This document shows positions 11,880-24,830 of a stretch of DNA of 56,171 nt, piece after piece. The notes beneath the pieces are model-generated. The model saw only the letters and a list, made by a program, of their open reading frames with translations. It searched no databases and was not told the DNA's origin. Each line of letters starts with the position of its first letter. The stretch's first letter is position 1. Source of the stretch: Nemertoderma westbladi (Eukaryota > Animalia > Xenacoelomorpha); assembly GCA_032718475.1 (NCBI GenBank), contig JAUCBJ010005223.1, positions 1 through 56,171 of the forward strand, written 5' to 3'. The position numbers and the translations under genes are program-made.

Positions 11880-13680
11880 AAAATTATCGATACTTAAAAG
11901 TATCGCGAAAAAATATCAGATGAAAAATATCGAAAATATCGCGAGGAAAATTATCGAGAGTAAAAATAGCGTGCGCAAAGGTATCAGGAGTAAAAATTTC
12001 GTGATTAAAGATATTGAGAGTAAAAATATCGCAAGTGAAATACATTTTCAAGGTAGCTAGTGTTTTCGGTGGTAGCTAGTGGTCTCGATGGTAGCTAGTG
12101 TTTTCGATGGTAGCTAGTGGTCTCGATGGTAGCTAGTGTTTTCAATGGTAGCTAATGGTTCCGATGGTAGCTAGAGTTTTCAATTGTAGCTAGTGGTTTC
12201 GATGGTAGGTAGTGCTTTCAATGGTAGCTAGTGGTTTCGATGGTAGCTGGTGGTTTCGATGGTAGCTAGTGTTTTCAATGGTAGCTAGTGGTTTCGATGG
12301 TAGCTAGTATTTTCAATGGTAGCTAGTAGTTTCGATGGTAGCTAGTATTTTCAATGGTAGCTAGTGGTTTCGATGGTAGCTAGTGTTTTCAATGGTAGCT
12401 TGTGGTTTCGATGGTAGCTAGTGTTTTCAATGGTAGCTAGTGGTTTCGATGGTAGCTAGTGTTTTCAATGGTAGCTTGTGGTTTCGATGGTAGCTAGTGC
12501 TTTCAATGGTAGCTAGTGGTTTCGATGGTAGCTGGTGGTTTCGATGGTAGCTAGTGTTTTCAATGGTAGCTAGTGGGTTCGATGGTAGCTAGTATTTTCA
12601 ATGGTAGCTAGTAGTTTCGATGGTAGGTAGTAATTTCAATGGTAGCTAGTGGTTTCGATGGTAGCTAGTGTTTTCAATGGTAGCTTGTGGTTTCGATGGT
12701 AGCTAGTGTTTTCAATGGTAGCTAGTGGTTTCGATGGTAGCTAGTGTTTTCAATGGTAGCTTGTGGTTTCGATGGTAGCTAGTGCTATCAATGGTAGCTA
12801 GTGGTTTCGATGGTAGCTGGTGGTTTCGATGGTAGTTAGTGTTTTCAATGGTAGCTAGTGGTTTCGATGCTAGCTAGTATTTTCAATGGTAGCTAGTAGT
12901 TTCGATGGTAGCTAGTATTTTCAATGGTAGCTAGTGGTTTCGATGGTAGCTAGTGTTTTCAATGGTAGCTTGTGGTTTCGATGGTAGCTAGTGTTTTCAA
13001 TGGTAGCTAGTGGTTTCGATGGTATCTAGTGTTTTCAATGGTAGCTTGTGGTTTCGATGGTAGCTAGTGTTTTCAATGGTAGCTAGTGGTTTCGATGGTA
13101 TCTAGTGTTTTCAATGGTAGCTTGTGGTTTCGATGGTAGCTAGTGTTTTAAATGGTAGCTAGTGGTTTCGATGGTAGCTAGTGTTTTCAATGGTAGCTAG
13201 TGGTTTCGATGGTAGCTGGTGGTTTCGATGGTAGCTAGTGTTTTCAATGGTAGCTAGTGGTTTCGATGGTAGCTAGTATTTTCAATGGTAGCTTGTGGTT
13301 TCGATGGTAGCTAGTGTTTTCAATGGTAGCTAGTGGTTTCGATGGTAGTTTGTGTTTTCAATGGTAGCTTGTGGTTTCGATGGTAGCTAGTGCTTTCAAT
13401 GGTAGCTAGTGGTTTCGATGGTAGCTGGTGGTTTCAATGGTAGCTAGTGTTTTCAATGGTAGCTAGTGGTTTCGATGGTAGCTAGTATTTTCAATGGTAG
13501 CTAGTAGTTTCTATGGTAGCTAGTATTTTCAATGTTAGCTAGTGGTTTCGACGGTAGCTAGTGTTTTCGTTGGTAACTAGTGGTATTATGTAGTGTTCTT
13601 TTCCAACAATTATTGTCAATTTTTATTGCGATATTTTACTCGAGATATTTCTACTGGCAATATTTTTATTTTCGTGGTTT
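11880..13680. mobile_element. Foldback/MITE-like element with repetitive inverted arms enclosing a satellite array
   Basis: Left arm of ~15-bp degenerate repeats (GAGTAAAAATATCGCAA at ~12018-12034) is inverted at the right (TTGCGATATTTTACTC at ~13626-13641); exact termini and TSD not resolved. Confidence 0.6.
12052..13584. repeat. 19-bp satellite, ~80 monomers, alternating A/B dimer (38 bp) with 285-bp higher-order repeat
   Basis: GGTAGCTAGTGTTTTCAAT alternates with GGTAGCTAGTGGTTTCGAT; the GTGCT variant recurs at 12215, 12500, 12785 (spacing 285 = 15 x 19). Confidence 0.97.
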
Positions 13681-15039
13681 ATTCGCAGAACATAGTTTGA
13701 AAAAATAAAAAAATTCAAAAATAATTATTAGTTTATTATTTAAGGTTTTTTTGTATTGCTAGATATAAATCTAGTTTGGAACGTAGTGCCTCTCAATTGC
13801 CCATCTAAGAATACGGATTTGTTTTTTCTATTACTTTTTGCATTTTATATGGAATACAGAATGCACTAAAATGGTTATGTCTACAAAATAAGCATGGTAT
13901 AGGTATAATTCATAATAAAAAATCGTTCAAATAAAACAAAAAACCAGATGAAACGCACATCCTCTGAATGAATATAGTTATAGTTGTTTAAATAGTGCTG
14001 GAAAGAGAAGGACTCGCTTATTACTTAAAATATATCCTTAGTGTTTCGGCTTAAACGCTTGTCAACATATGAAAAATTCCTTTGGATTATGAGTCTTTTT
14101 CTAGCTAACCTCGTATAAAGTGATACAATACGAAACCTCAATATGGGTAAAATATTATTACTTATGTACTAAATTGTAGCTGTATTTACATGTAACAAAT
14201 TCCTTAATAATCTATGTATGAATTCATTCATACATTCAACATTCATTCATCTTTATCAATCAGCATCAGTAATGCATTTTACTTCACAAACATCATGTAT
14301 AGAGAGATCAGATTCTGTTGTCTCAAGTAGAAAGCCCCAAGGTAAGGTGGCACGTGAGAAATATTACCGAACAATAAATGTGTATGAAAAGGATGGCAGG
14401 ATTATACACAGGGTTCCCTTAACGCTCGGCTTAGCACAGGTGGGTAACAAACATGACATTATCGGCCTGCACAATGTTGTAATGCCAGCAGATCTAGAAA
14501 CAAATCGCCCCCAACACAGAACTCGTCTTTCTTTGTTAAACAAGCAAAGACTGACTAAATGGACAGCTCAAATCAAGGTGTTTTCATAATACTGATCCTC
14601 CTGGTGATGACAGTGACTGGTAGCGCTAGCTGTAAGTGTAAGGATAGAAAGGTAGGGCTAGATTTTCGTAAAGAGTTGCCTCCATAAATTTAAGGCACCT
14701 CAATGCATATTCTGTGAACATTACATTGTGTAACATTCTGGTATAACTTTGTACCATCCAGGGAGCTGGTGTCCTCAGCAGCAAGATCCCGGCAAGGACT
14801 TGCATAGGGTAGAGAAAAGAAGAAAATAGAGACCAAGATAAGATAATAGAGTCCAAGAGAGGATAATAGAGTCCAAGAGAATATAATAGAGTCCCGGAGA
14901 AGATCATTCCCAATCCTGGAGATAAGTTTGATGGTAGAGCACTCTGCCAAACTCCATATCTATTCCCATAGATATCATGAACATGGCCTACAAATCCAAA
15001 TTTCAAATGATCGAGTGATGGACAGAACCTCTATCCCTA

Positions 15040-15176
15040 GTTTTGCTCACAGTAATTTAACTGGTATTCATTTTATCGAACCCAGTGGATGAAAGGCGGA
15101 GTGGACCCTGATGGGGCTAGAATCTGCAACCAATAGATACCAAGCCCGTCGCTCAACCAACTGAGCTACCCTGACC
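15040..15176 (-). mobile_element. tRNA-derived SINE 5' part with Meta-domain-like core
   Basis: Minus strand reads GGTCAGGGTAGCTCAGTTGGTTGAGCG (A box), degenerate B box GATTCTAGCCC, then ACTCCGCCTTTCATCCACTGGGTTCGATAAAATGAATACCAG, resembling the conserved central domain of MetaSINE/Sauria-type SINEs as I recall it. Confidence 0.65.
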
Positions 15177-15570
15177 TTTTATGAGGTTTAGGTTCATGCT
15201 AACAAAAGGAAGAATAACAAAATTATGTGGGATGTCCTAGACAGTCATCTTTTTTTCTGGTTCTGCAGTGTGGATAGAATCCTCAGTCAAATACTGCAGA
15301 CTAGCAGAGTCAATGGTTAAATCATTGAAAGCACTCCTTTCAATGGGGGACATCTCAGCAACTGCCTTCCAGGTCGCCCAAACAGACCAGGCAGTGTGGA
15401 CAGCATTGGGCCGGGCAATCCCTGGTTATGTCGGCTATGCAGTTCGCATACAGCACTAAACATCTTGCCAATGGTACAAAAGTGAGTTACTGTGGACTGA
15501 TAACATCTATGGAACTCCGGGACACATCAGTACCCTTGGATTCTAACTCACCCATATTAAAGACCCCCCA

Positions 15571-15602
15571 GCAATTGCAATTGCAATTGCAATTGCAATT
15601 GC
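15571..15602. repeat. Perfect 32-bp palindromic microsatellite (GCAATT)5GC
   Basis: Self-complementary sequence read directly; abuts a poly-C tract. Confidence 0.95.
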
Positions 15603-16452
15603 CCCCCCCCCCCCCCACCAAGACCCCACCACATAATTCTCATACACTGATGTGTTTTCAAAATTATGCAAAAGTGTTTGATGGTCACCTTAACTTGTAT
15701 TGACCAAGTGTGCCCCCTCGCATGACATTGCATGACATTATACATGCAATAGTTAGTAGTGCACTGTTCTGCTGTGCACGGTATACAGCTCTGCATTACA
15801 TTATTATGATACACCCGGTGTGATATGATATATTAAGATATATGGTATGAAATCATCTGCTCTCCCAATCCACATGCAGGCATTACACCATAGTGCAGGA
15901 CGATCGTGTCATTCATGGAAATGATACTATTCATACTTGTATGGTTGGTTATATGGCTTAAAAAACAGGGATTGATATTAATATTATAATATACATTATA
16001 GAGTAAATTAAGTAAAATATATACCTAAATAGCAAGTTACAGTGGCGATACTCAATAACCAAAACAATAAACGAATCTTTATTTTATATGCCACCAATGT
16101 GCGCTGGACATAAGTTTTTTATTTTTTTACTTGTAGTCAATGTTGACCACTATGGTGTCCATAAAAGAAAGTTTGCCTATCGCACTGGTCTGGTCCAACT
16201 TATTTCAATCATGACCGTATCCTGCGCACTTTATTTACATAGCCACCTAGTAGATCCGAATTAAATTAATTGTCTAATTTTTTTTTTAAACTACACCCCT
16301 CTTCGGGGTAATAAAACTTTTATTTCTCAATAAAATTTAAATAAAACCGGTCCAAACTAGAAATATATACATATGAATGATAATAATTATGCTAGAGAAC
16401 AATGTGAGTATGGTTTATGTATTTGTATTTATGGTACTTTTGTAGTTAGTGG

Positions 16453-18008
16453 GGATCTAGGACACTTGCCCCCCGGACACTTCCCCCCCAGTTAAAGTGT
16501 TAAAATTAATCTGGGTGCATCAAAGCAATAAACAAACGTTAAAGATGGTTACAGGACAAGTTGTATTTAGACAAGTTTTTTCAAAATTATAAAAGAAACA
16601 TTTTTATAGTCAAATTGTGTTTGTTTTTCTTTACTTTTTTTTTGCTTGTTTAATTCCTTTAATTCTTTTAATTTCTTTTAATTGGGGGCTGCCGCCCCCA
16701 AACCCCCGCTTCTTTTCTTGGGGGCTGCCGCCCCCAAACCCCCGCTTTTTTTCTTGGGGATTATCGCCCCCAAACCCGTGGTGAAAGACTTAAGGGGGGG
16801 TACACCATTTTGGTCCAAAATATGTCGAAATTTTTTTTATGGTATATTATAATGCACCATTGAATGGTGTTTCCAAATCTGAAAACCGCTATTTAATAGC
16901 ACTTTTAGTTATCAAGTTATAACAATTTCCATTTAGGGAATCCTATTGAAATTACTATTACTATGTATAATGAAAGGTCGGTTATCTCCAAATATTTTTT
17001 TCATGAAATTGTCGACTTCAAAACCCTACTACTTCTACAATTTTTGAGTAATTAGTCTGAAACTTCCTGTGGGTGTCTAGATAGCCACCCTGCATAAAAG
17101 TATCAGGCAACTTTTCGAAATTTTTTGTTAATAAAATTTAATACTATTTATAAAAAACCTAAAAATTAGCATAAATTTGCAGCGCCACCTAGCGGTGCAG
17201 AATTATTTTAAAAAAATTTCGCCTGATAGTTATGTTACCCCATCTTTGATCTATCATATAAAAAAACTTTCATGTGATTAGGTTCAAAACTGTAAAAGCC
17301 TTAGGGTTTTAAGCGCAACCAAGTTTTTTTTATTGTTAACTAGTATTAACTAATATTAAATAGCGGAAAAAAAATTTTTTCTGACCTGGCATGTAGAATA
17401 ACATCTTAGGCACCTATATGCCAAATTTTAGCCAAAACCAAACAATTTTGAAACGCTGAGAGTGATAAATCGAAGAGTTGTCCGAAAATGCATGTCGATT
17501 TTACCCTGGAGAGGTATAATTTTGATTGCAACAATAATATTCATCCCCATCTGCTACAATTTGAAGAAGACTATTACTTAATAATACCCATAATTAAAAC
17601 AATTAAATATTATAATTCTATAGTTAATAAAAACAGTATATCATTCCGGGGTTGGAATTTACAGGTCATCTAATATAATTAATTGTTTAAAGATTAGCAA
17701 ACAATACGATGTAATTGCATTGATAAAACCCATAAATAAAACTTGGAAATAAAATGTAAAATCGGGATGCAAAAGATCACTTTCTGAGCTACGAAAGGAA
17801 AATTGGATACAACTTATCTGGATACAATACCGGTCCGTTTACCTTACAAAATGAAAAATACGAATGTGCGAAGTTAAGAACAGTCGGGGGGGAAGTGTCC
17901 GCGGGGGGAAGTGTCTGGGGGGGAAGTGTCTGGGGGGGAAGTGTCCTACTTGAGCGGGGGGGAACTGTCCGGGGGGGGAAGTGTCCGGGGGGGAAGTGTC
18001 CGAACACC
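16453..18008. mobile_element. Non-autonomous Mutator/foldback-like DNA transposon with modular TIRs and 8-bp TSD
   Basis: GTTAGTGG at 16445-16452 and 18009-18016; left end has 2 GGACACTTnCCCCCC modules, right end ~7 inverted GGGGGGAAGTGTCC modules (17886-18002). Confidence 0.8.
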
Positions 18009-18029
18009 GTTAGTGGCCCAATGAGGACA

Positions 18030-19075
18030 ACGCTACCATGAAGCTATCAATGGTGGAAACAGTGGCCAGTATGTCTATGCCGCATTTATCGACTATAAGA
18101 AAGCGTTCGACATGGTAGATCGCAGCATCCTACTCTATAAATTATACAATGAATTTGGGATCCATGGAAAACTATATTTATTGGTGAAAGATATACTACA
18201 TAACTCGGTCAAAATATTTGATGGTATTAAACTTACTAAATCAATACAACAACTGAGAGGTATACTACAGGGGGACTGCTTCTCCCCATCTTGCTTTCTT
18301 ATGTTCATATCAGATCTAGCACTAGTTCTTCGCCAGGTGGGATCAGCTCTCAACGCAGATGACCTAGTTATTTACTCAAGAAATAGAGAACACATCCAAA
18401 CAGGTCTTGATATTATATACATTTGGTGCAATAGAAACGGAATGATTGTTAACATGACTAAAACCAAGATAATAAAATTTCGTCGCGGTGGCAAACTAGC
18501 AAAGACAGATTGTTTCACTTACGGTGGCGAAAGTGTAGAGATATGTAACCAATACAAGTATCTTGATTCTTGGAGTAATATTACAACCAACTTTATGCTT
18601 CACAAAGCACCTAGATGTCAAGAAACGCAAAGCATTTGGTGTAATTGGATGCCTGCAACATCTACCCATGATATCTGTAAAGACTGGAATAGCAATATTT
18701 AACATGAAAATAAAACCAGCAGTTACTTATGCATTTCTAGAGATAGGCGTATTCTTCACCCTACGAAACCTGATCGAACTTGACAAAATCAAAACGGCAT
18801 TTCTAAACTCCCTTTCTCACTCCACAAGAACTCATCCGCAACAATGGTGCACAAAATGGTCGGATGCGAAACATTCGCCCAAGAACTTTATAAGGAACAC
18901 GCAAATATGTTCTCATCCGAAACATGGGAGCTATTCCACGAACTGTCTCCTGAATGCTGCTGCAAATACTGCCACAAAAGCTCACAAGATCGATACCATG
19001 CAATCAAATGCAAATTATGTCCATCGTTGTCCTCATTGGGCCACTAACCACAAAAGTACCATAAATACAAATTAA
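18030..19075 (+). mobile_element. 5'-truncated LINE reverse transcriptase with Cys/His-rich C-terminus, frameshifted
   Basis: AFIDYKKAFDMVDR, GILQGDCFSP, NADDLVIYS, VNMTKTKII, YKYL, then IELDKIKTAFL and CCCKYCHKSSQDRYHAIKCKLC. Confidence 0.9.
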
Positions 19076-19306
19076 TTGTCTAATGGCACAACAATTAGTA
19101 AAGATAACGATTGATCACGATTGATAAAGTGATCTCCAACGCAAATTGGTCCCATATGAGATAAACTAATATATAAACGAACTAATAGGCACATATTTTT
19201 ACATATAAATGTTTATGTTATATACTACTCAACTCATTATATAACACTCGCATCAGGACTATCATTAGCAGTCAAATATTATTTAACCTGTAATAACAAC
19301 ATTTAA

Positions 19307-20742
19307 CCCTATTAAACCCGGGGGGGGGGGGGGGGGGGTGTCGACCACCCCCGTGGTTTTTTTGTTATAACTCTGAAACAAACGCAGTTAGGAATCTGAA
19401 ATTTTATGACTTTTCCTAAAAATCTATTGCCTTCCTAATAGTGAAAACGGTTTTCAAAAATATCGGGAAGATTTCGAGTTATAGCACCATTTTTTAACCC
19501 TACTTTTGCCACTGATTTGTATCATCTCTATTTTTGAATTACACCGGTTTTTTGGTGTTTGCAATTAGATGAAATTCATATAAATTAATTTAGAAATTTC
19601 AAACTTTTTTTTCGGCGGTTGCCAAATTTTGGTGCAGCACCAAATTTTGAAATATGACAATTTTGTAAATTGATTGTTTGAACCTATTTTTTGCGCAATA
19701 GGGGTTTTTGGGGTTCTGGTTTCGATGGAATATATAAGAGTTGCACCAGGCGTATCAAACTTGTATTTTTCGGTGCTATGTGCGCAAAATTGGTGCCAGC
19801 ACGAAATTTTGAAAATCCATTCAATAGTTCAATTGCTTGTGAGAACTATTTCTCGCGTTTAAAGAGGTTTATGGCGGTTTTGAATTCAATGGAATAAATA
19901 ATTATCTAACTAGATATCTCAAACTTGCATTTTTCAGAAGTAGGTGCAAAATTTGGTGCTAGCACCAAATTTTGCAAACAATCAAATATATCAATTGATT
20001 GTGTCAACTTGTTTCTTGCGTTATACGGATTTTCAAACTTATTTTTTTCGCCGGTGGGTGAAAATTGTTGTTCCAAATTTTTGAAAATAAGCAAATATAT
20101 CAAGAGATAGTATCATCTTGTTTCTTGCGTTATACGGGTTTATGAGGGTCCTGAAGCCATTGGAATTAATAAAAACAGCACTGGACATCTCAAACTTGTA
20201 CTTTTTTGTGATGGGTACGAAATTTGGTACAAGCACCAAAATTTTCCATATTACACCGAAAAATACGAGTAGCAATGTTCTGGAAAATTTGAAATGTATT
20301 CCATTAGAATCAGCGCCCCCGAAAACCAGAAAAAGTGAATTTATAGCATCGTATAAGTGAATTAAACATTTTGTGTTTAAACTGAAAAGTGCTGGTTACT
20401 TGTTTTTTCATTTTTTGCCTACGTAGAGGACTAAAACAGCCATTTATAGTAATCAGATCATTTTTAAATAATTTCCAATGGATTTTGCGCCCCAGAAAAC
20501 CTGTATTGAAAAATAATTAGCCGAAAATTATAACTTTCAAATTTTATTAAAATTGTTCCCTGCAAAATAACCACTCCAGAACATTTTTTCGAAATTTTTT
20601 TTTTTGGTCGCATTCAAACTACTGAAATCTACGCAATAACAAAAAACCAGACGTTTTCGTTAAAATTTGTAGATTTTAGAGGGGGCTCAATATGACCCCC
20701 TCGGTATTTGTACAACATTTTATAGCCCGGTAACAAAAAGGG
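19307..20742. mobile_element. Non-autonomous piggyBac-like element, copy 1
   Basis: TTAA|CCCTATTAAACCCGGG start and CCCGGTAACAAAAAGGG|TTTA end; colinear with 29063-30614; internal ~163-bp repeats. Confidence 0.85.
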
Positions 20743-21851
20743 TTTAGAGCATTATAAAATTGCAATATATTATCTTTACTACTTGGAATAATATAAAATA
20801 CTACCATACACGATTAAAAATTACTACAATAATTTCATACAAATTAATTACAAGTAGGCCTACAAAGGCAGCAATCGCTTACCTCATACAGTAATATTAC
20901 GTAGTAGTACATGTTTTTTTATGATAATTTTGTTAAATCAATAATCGCAATGTTTTAAAATAACGTACAGAAGAAATATAAGGCGTGTCCGCCCATATAG
21001 GAGGTTCAGGTGGCCCATTAAAATGTATTCCAATTAACTTTTCGTTTTATGGTTCAAATGTCAAAACATTACTTATCAGAAGGTAACATAAGCCGGCGGG
21101 GCTTACTCATAATGGTGGCGGGTACTCAACCACCACTGCCCTCCTGAACTCCTGAATCCGATTTGATAGGATGAATGAATCCTTTATCTAAGAGGCTCCA
21201 AAGACATATAAAGTAGGCCTGGATGCACACAAAACCTCTTCAGAAGTGTAATTTAAATTTGTGCCTTTATTTTTTTAAGCAAACCATCCCTTACTTTATA
21301 TTTAGGTGGTCACAATTGAGGATCACGTTCAAATTATGTCAAATTTTTTGTGGTAAAGATTTATTTATAATTTAAGATATGGAAATCTTTCAACTAGATT
21401 CATTATTTAATTTATGTATAATTAATTAGTAGTAGTAATGATATTTTGTGTTTATACTATAACGTCTATGGGAAACTGATGACCTGCTAAAACTTACTAT
21501 ATTATTAGTCTCTTACTTCTTGTGTCAGGTTTCAATCGTAAACTAATTAATTGAAAAATTTACTCTTTACTGAATGTGTGAAGTGTTTTAAAATGCTCAA
21601 ATGCATTGTTATGCAGATCATTAAGAAAGTTATTTGACGTGTGTTTATTTTCATTCAAAACAACGATACCAACAATTTTTTATCGTAATATTTATTAAAT
21701 AATATTTTTTATTAAGTAATTAATAAAAATATTTGCAAATAAATATAATAAATAAATAAATTTTAGCATATATATAACTGATCTCCCGAACTATGCACAT
21801 TACATATCTCGGGAACAGTATAAAATAAATATATAAAACAATCATACTCAC

Positions 21852-22134
21852 TGGATGGGTACAAAGCATGGTGTACCATGGGATGAGTTTGCATTGCAAA
21901 ACCTCCTGGTAGGCTCCAGAAACGGAACTTTTTCTTTGATGGCAAATAAGACAATAGTGGTGACATATATTGCCAAAACCCAGAATCACCCTACCGTCAC
22001 AACGGATGAGTCTGCCGGACATCCGTCGTTCATGATCGTATTATAAAGTGGCCAGCTGACGATAGGAAACGTAGCAGTCATGGTAACGTCATCCTGAAAC
22101 ATCTGCGAAAAGTTGAGTTCATGAGATAGAAAAT
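21852..22134 (-). pseudogene. Exon-like segment, possibly a degenerate cadherin repeat
   Basis: Bounded by ttatAG acceptor and GTGAGT donor; best frame contains PLYNTIMNDGCPADSSVVTVG*..IVLFAIKEKVPFLEPT, loosely matching cadherin spacing, but with an in-frame TGA and no DxD motif. Confidence 0.3.
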
Positions 22135-22165
22135 CTATAAACACATCAAATCAAAATAGATTGTA

Positions 22166-22250
22166 ATTACATATATAGTAGTAACGATATGATTTACATA
22201 TACAGTAGTAACAATATGATTTACATATACAGTAGTAACGATATGATTTA
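22166..22250. repeat. 27-bp tandem repeat, 3 copies
   Basis: TTTACATATACAGTAGTAACGATATGA x3 with single substitutions. Confidence 0.9.
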
Positions 22251-24235
22251 GATTGGAATTTCAAGAGGAGGTTACAAATAGACTAAACGTTGACAGTGAA
22301 TGTATTGGAATGTGAGTGGATGTTATGGCAGTACCTTTTGGTTAATTATTGCATTTTAATACATTTGAAATTTAAAATTAGCCATATTTACTTCAACACA
22401 GTTAATTAAAAGGGTGAATAAGCCAGCTGTATTTTTCAAATAAAATTCATTCTCATGAGAATAAAATGCCATTTTGCAGGGAATGCCGCCGCCGTGCTGT
22501 TCTGTAAATTTCTGCTACTTAGTAATCAATATTAGCTTGTTGTAATCAATGTAGCTCATAAGAGTGGCAGATGCATCTCAGCATGACATCACTTCAAAAG
22601 GTGATATTTAGCAATAAAGAACCCATGCTGAAACACACCAGGATTTTGAGACAATCACATTAGAAACTGGCTGTACTACTGGAGTGGTAGCTGGGTGTTA
22701 TACTCAATTACCACATAAGCATGTCACTGCCAGTCCAGTGTAGCTGCAATTAATTTGACAAAATATTCTTGATGAATGGAGTGATGTTCATTGTTTGCTT
22801 TTTGGTATTGACATGAAAAACATTATTCTTGCTTATGGATATTCCAAACAACCGATTTCCAATGTCAGCCATTATGTAATTATTTTTCGTTAGCTAACAA
22901 CCCTCGGAAACACAAATAATGGAGCTGAGTTAACTAGCGTCAAAAATAGCAGTTCCGTGTCAAAGGCAATTGATAGTAGAGGGTATGCCATGAAGGTGCC
23001 CCGACCCATAAGTCCAATGAGTGGTCAATTGAGTAGGTCAAACATCGGCCGTAGTACAACATTGGCTCTACCTGATTAGCTGTTTCCCTTTGGGCTTGAA
23101 TTCTAAAAGCAGTGCCGGCACGCCACCTAATTCATTATCAATCAATTGTTATCATCAAGGCTGACTTATTATTCCCAAGTGAACTCGGGAGACTCATATA
23201 AAAGATAAATTAGATTAGATAAAGATTGAGGTTGTGCTAAAGCATCTGAATTTTGAAATAATTATATTATTTTATGTGTAACCCTTGATTTCGATTAATT
23301 GCGTGCATTGTAGTTGCTACAGTTGGGTTGGTAGTTGCAGTTGGGTTGGTAGTTGCTCTATTCTTGGCTAGTAGTGAGGAACTTGATCAGTAATTTTTTA
23401 ACATACCATATACAACACAAACGTACAGTATTTCACAGCATTTTACTAAAATTGATGACTGTGTTGCCAATGAAGTTGGATTCAAACAGAATTTTCGAAA
23501 GTTATGTTCAATCGGAAAAAAGACAAAAGTCAAGACATTGACTTCATACCATCATAGTATTCTACCTGTCTGGTTTTGTATGATTTTAACTAATTCTGCA
23601 TAAGAGAAAATCCTATGAAATTTTCTCTTTGAATTAATCAGACATATTATGAATAAATAATAATTTTTTTTATAACTATTTTTTTTATTCGCAACTCATG
23701 GTGAACTTGATGGACTTTTTCTATTTGATTATGTCTCGTATTGTTGTGGTTTCATCACCACCACCTCGTCGTTGAGCCATAATTAAGGCAAGATATTGCA
23801 ATGAGATAAAATCAAAGGTAAGAAAAGAACAAGCATGAATAATGGATTTACATTGTCTGACGCTGACATCCATGTCGTATTAACATAGAGTTTAAACGGA
23901 TCAATGGTGTGAGGTTATATAGACAAAGGAGTTTTTTTGCTATTTTGCATATGACTTACCCATGGCCATTGTCAGTAAGGCAATCAATTAGCAATTATAT
24001 TATTAATTATTAAAATTATAATTGCACTGCAACTCATTTAAAAATAATTCCCGCTTAAATATAATGTGAATCTACAAATCCTAAGCAAAGAGAACTGAAT
24101 ATAACCAGAGAATATTAATTAGTATTTATGTGTAGATAATAATGAATTATGTATAAAGGCATTTAAAACAACTAACCAGCACAGTAAAAACAATTGAATT
24201 AAAAAACTATAAAACAATATATATATATATATTCA

Positions 24236-24830
24236 ATTAGAATCCATCCCCCCGATGGGGGATAGCGGATTTCGTGAAAAAAATAAAACTCTTATTGTTT
24301 CATAAAGAGCGAAATTTTATGGGGATTTAAAATCTGGTACCGTTCGCCATGTATGTTTCGTATTTAAGATATTGCGTTTTTTTTTCACCGGTTGCACTTT
24401 TCATTCCAGAACAAAATTTCAAAATCGCAAATATTTCTCCAAATGTTCTAAATTTAATTCTTGTTGGTTTTGGGGGTTTATGAAATCGATGGTAACATTT
24501 TTCAAACAATCTAACAAAGTATTATTTTTTATTACTTCAGGGACAAAAGGTACAGTGAAAAAAGTGAAAATAACAAGTTATTATGGATAATTACACAGAC
24601 AGACTGACTGACAAACAAACAAAACAGATTCGCCAAACGCAAAAATTTTTATTAAACATGAAATCACCGACCAGAGAAACCCTTAGAGCTACATTTTTTT
24701 GGCATGTTGGTGTATTTTTATTATCGGTCCTACTAAACTACCAAAAGCACCTAGTCATATCAAAAACACCTAAAAGAAACCCGAAATTACGAATTAGGCG
24801 TGTATTATGCTATTTTTATACCAGAATATT
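24236..24830. repeat. Dispersed repeat with terminal hairpin and (GACA/GACT)n core, Helentron-associated type (tentative)
   Basis: ATCCCCCCGATGGGGGAT hairpin at ~24246-24263; ACAGACAGACTGACTGACAAAC at ~24595; ATGAAATCACCGACC..GAAACCC resembles the block at ~3400 and ~46492. Confidence 0.4.

Noticed and set aside
15260-15560. GC-richer exon-like segment
   Set aside because: Stops in all frames over its length and no recognisable motif.
21986-21988. In-frame TGA as selenocysteine
   Set aside because: No selenoprotein-like context or visible SECIS; decay is the simpler explanation.
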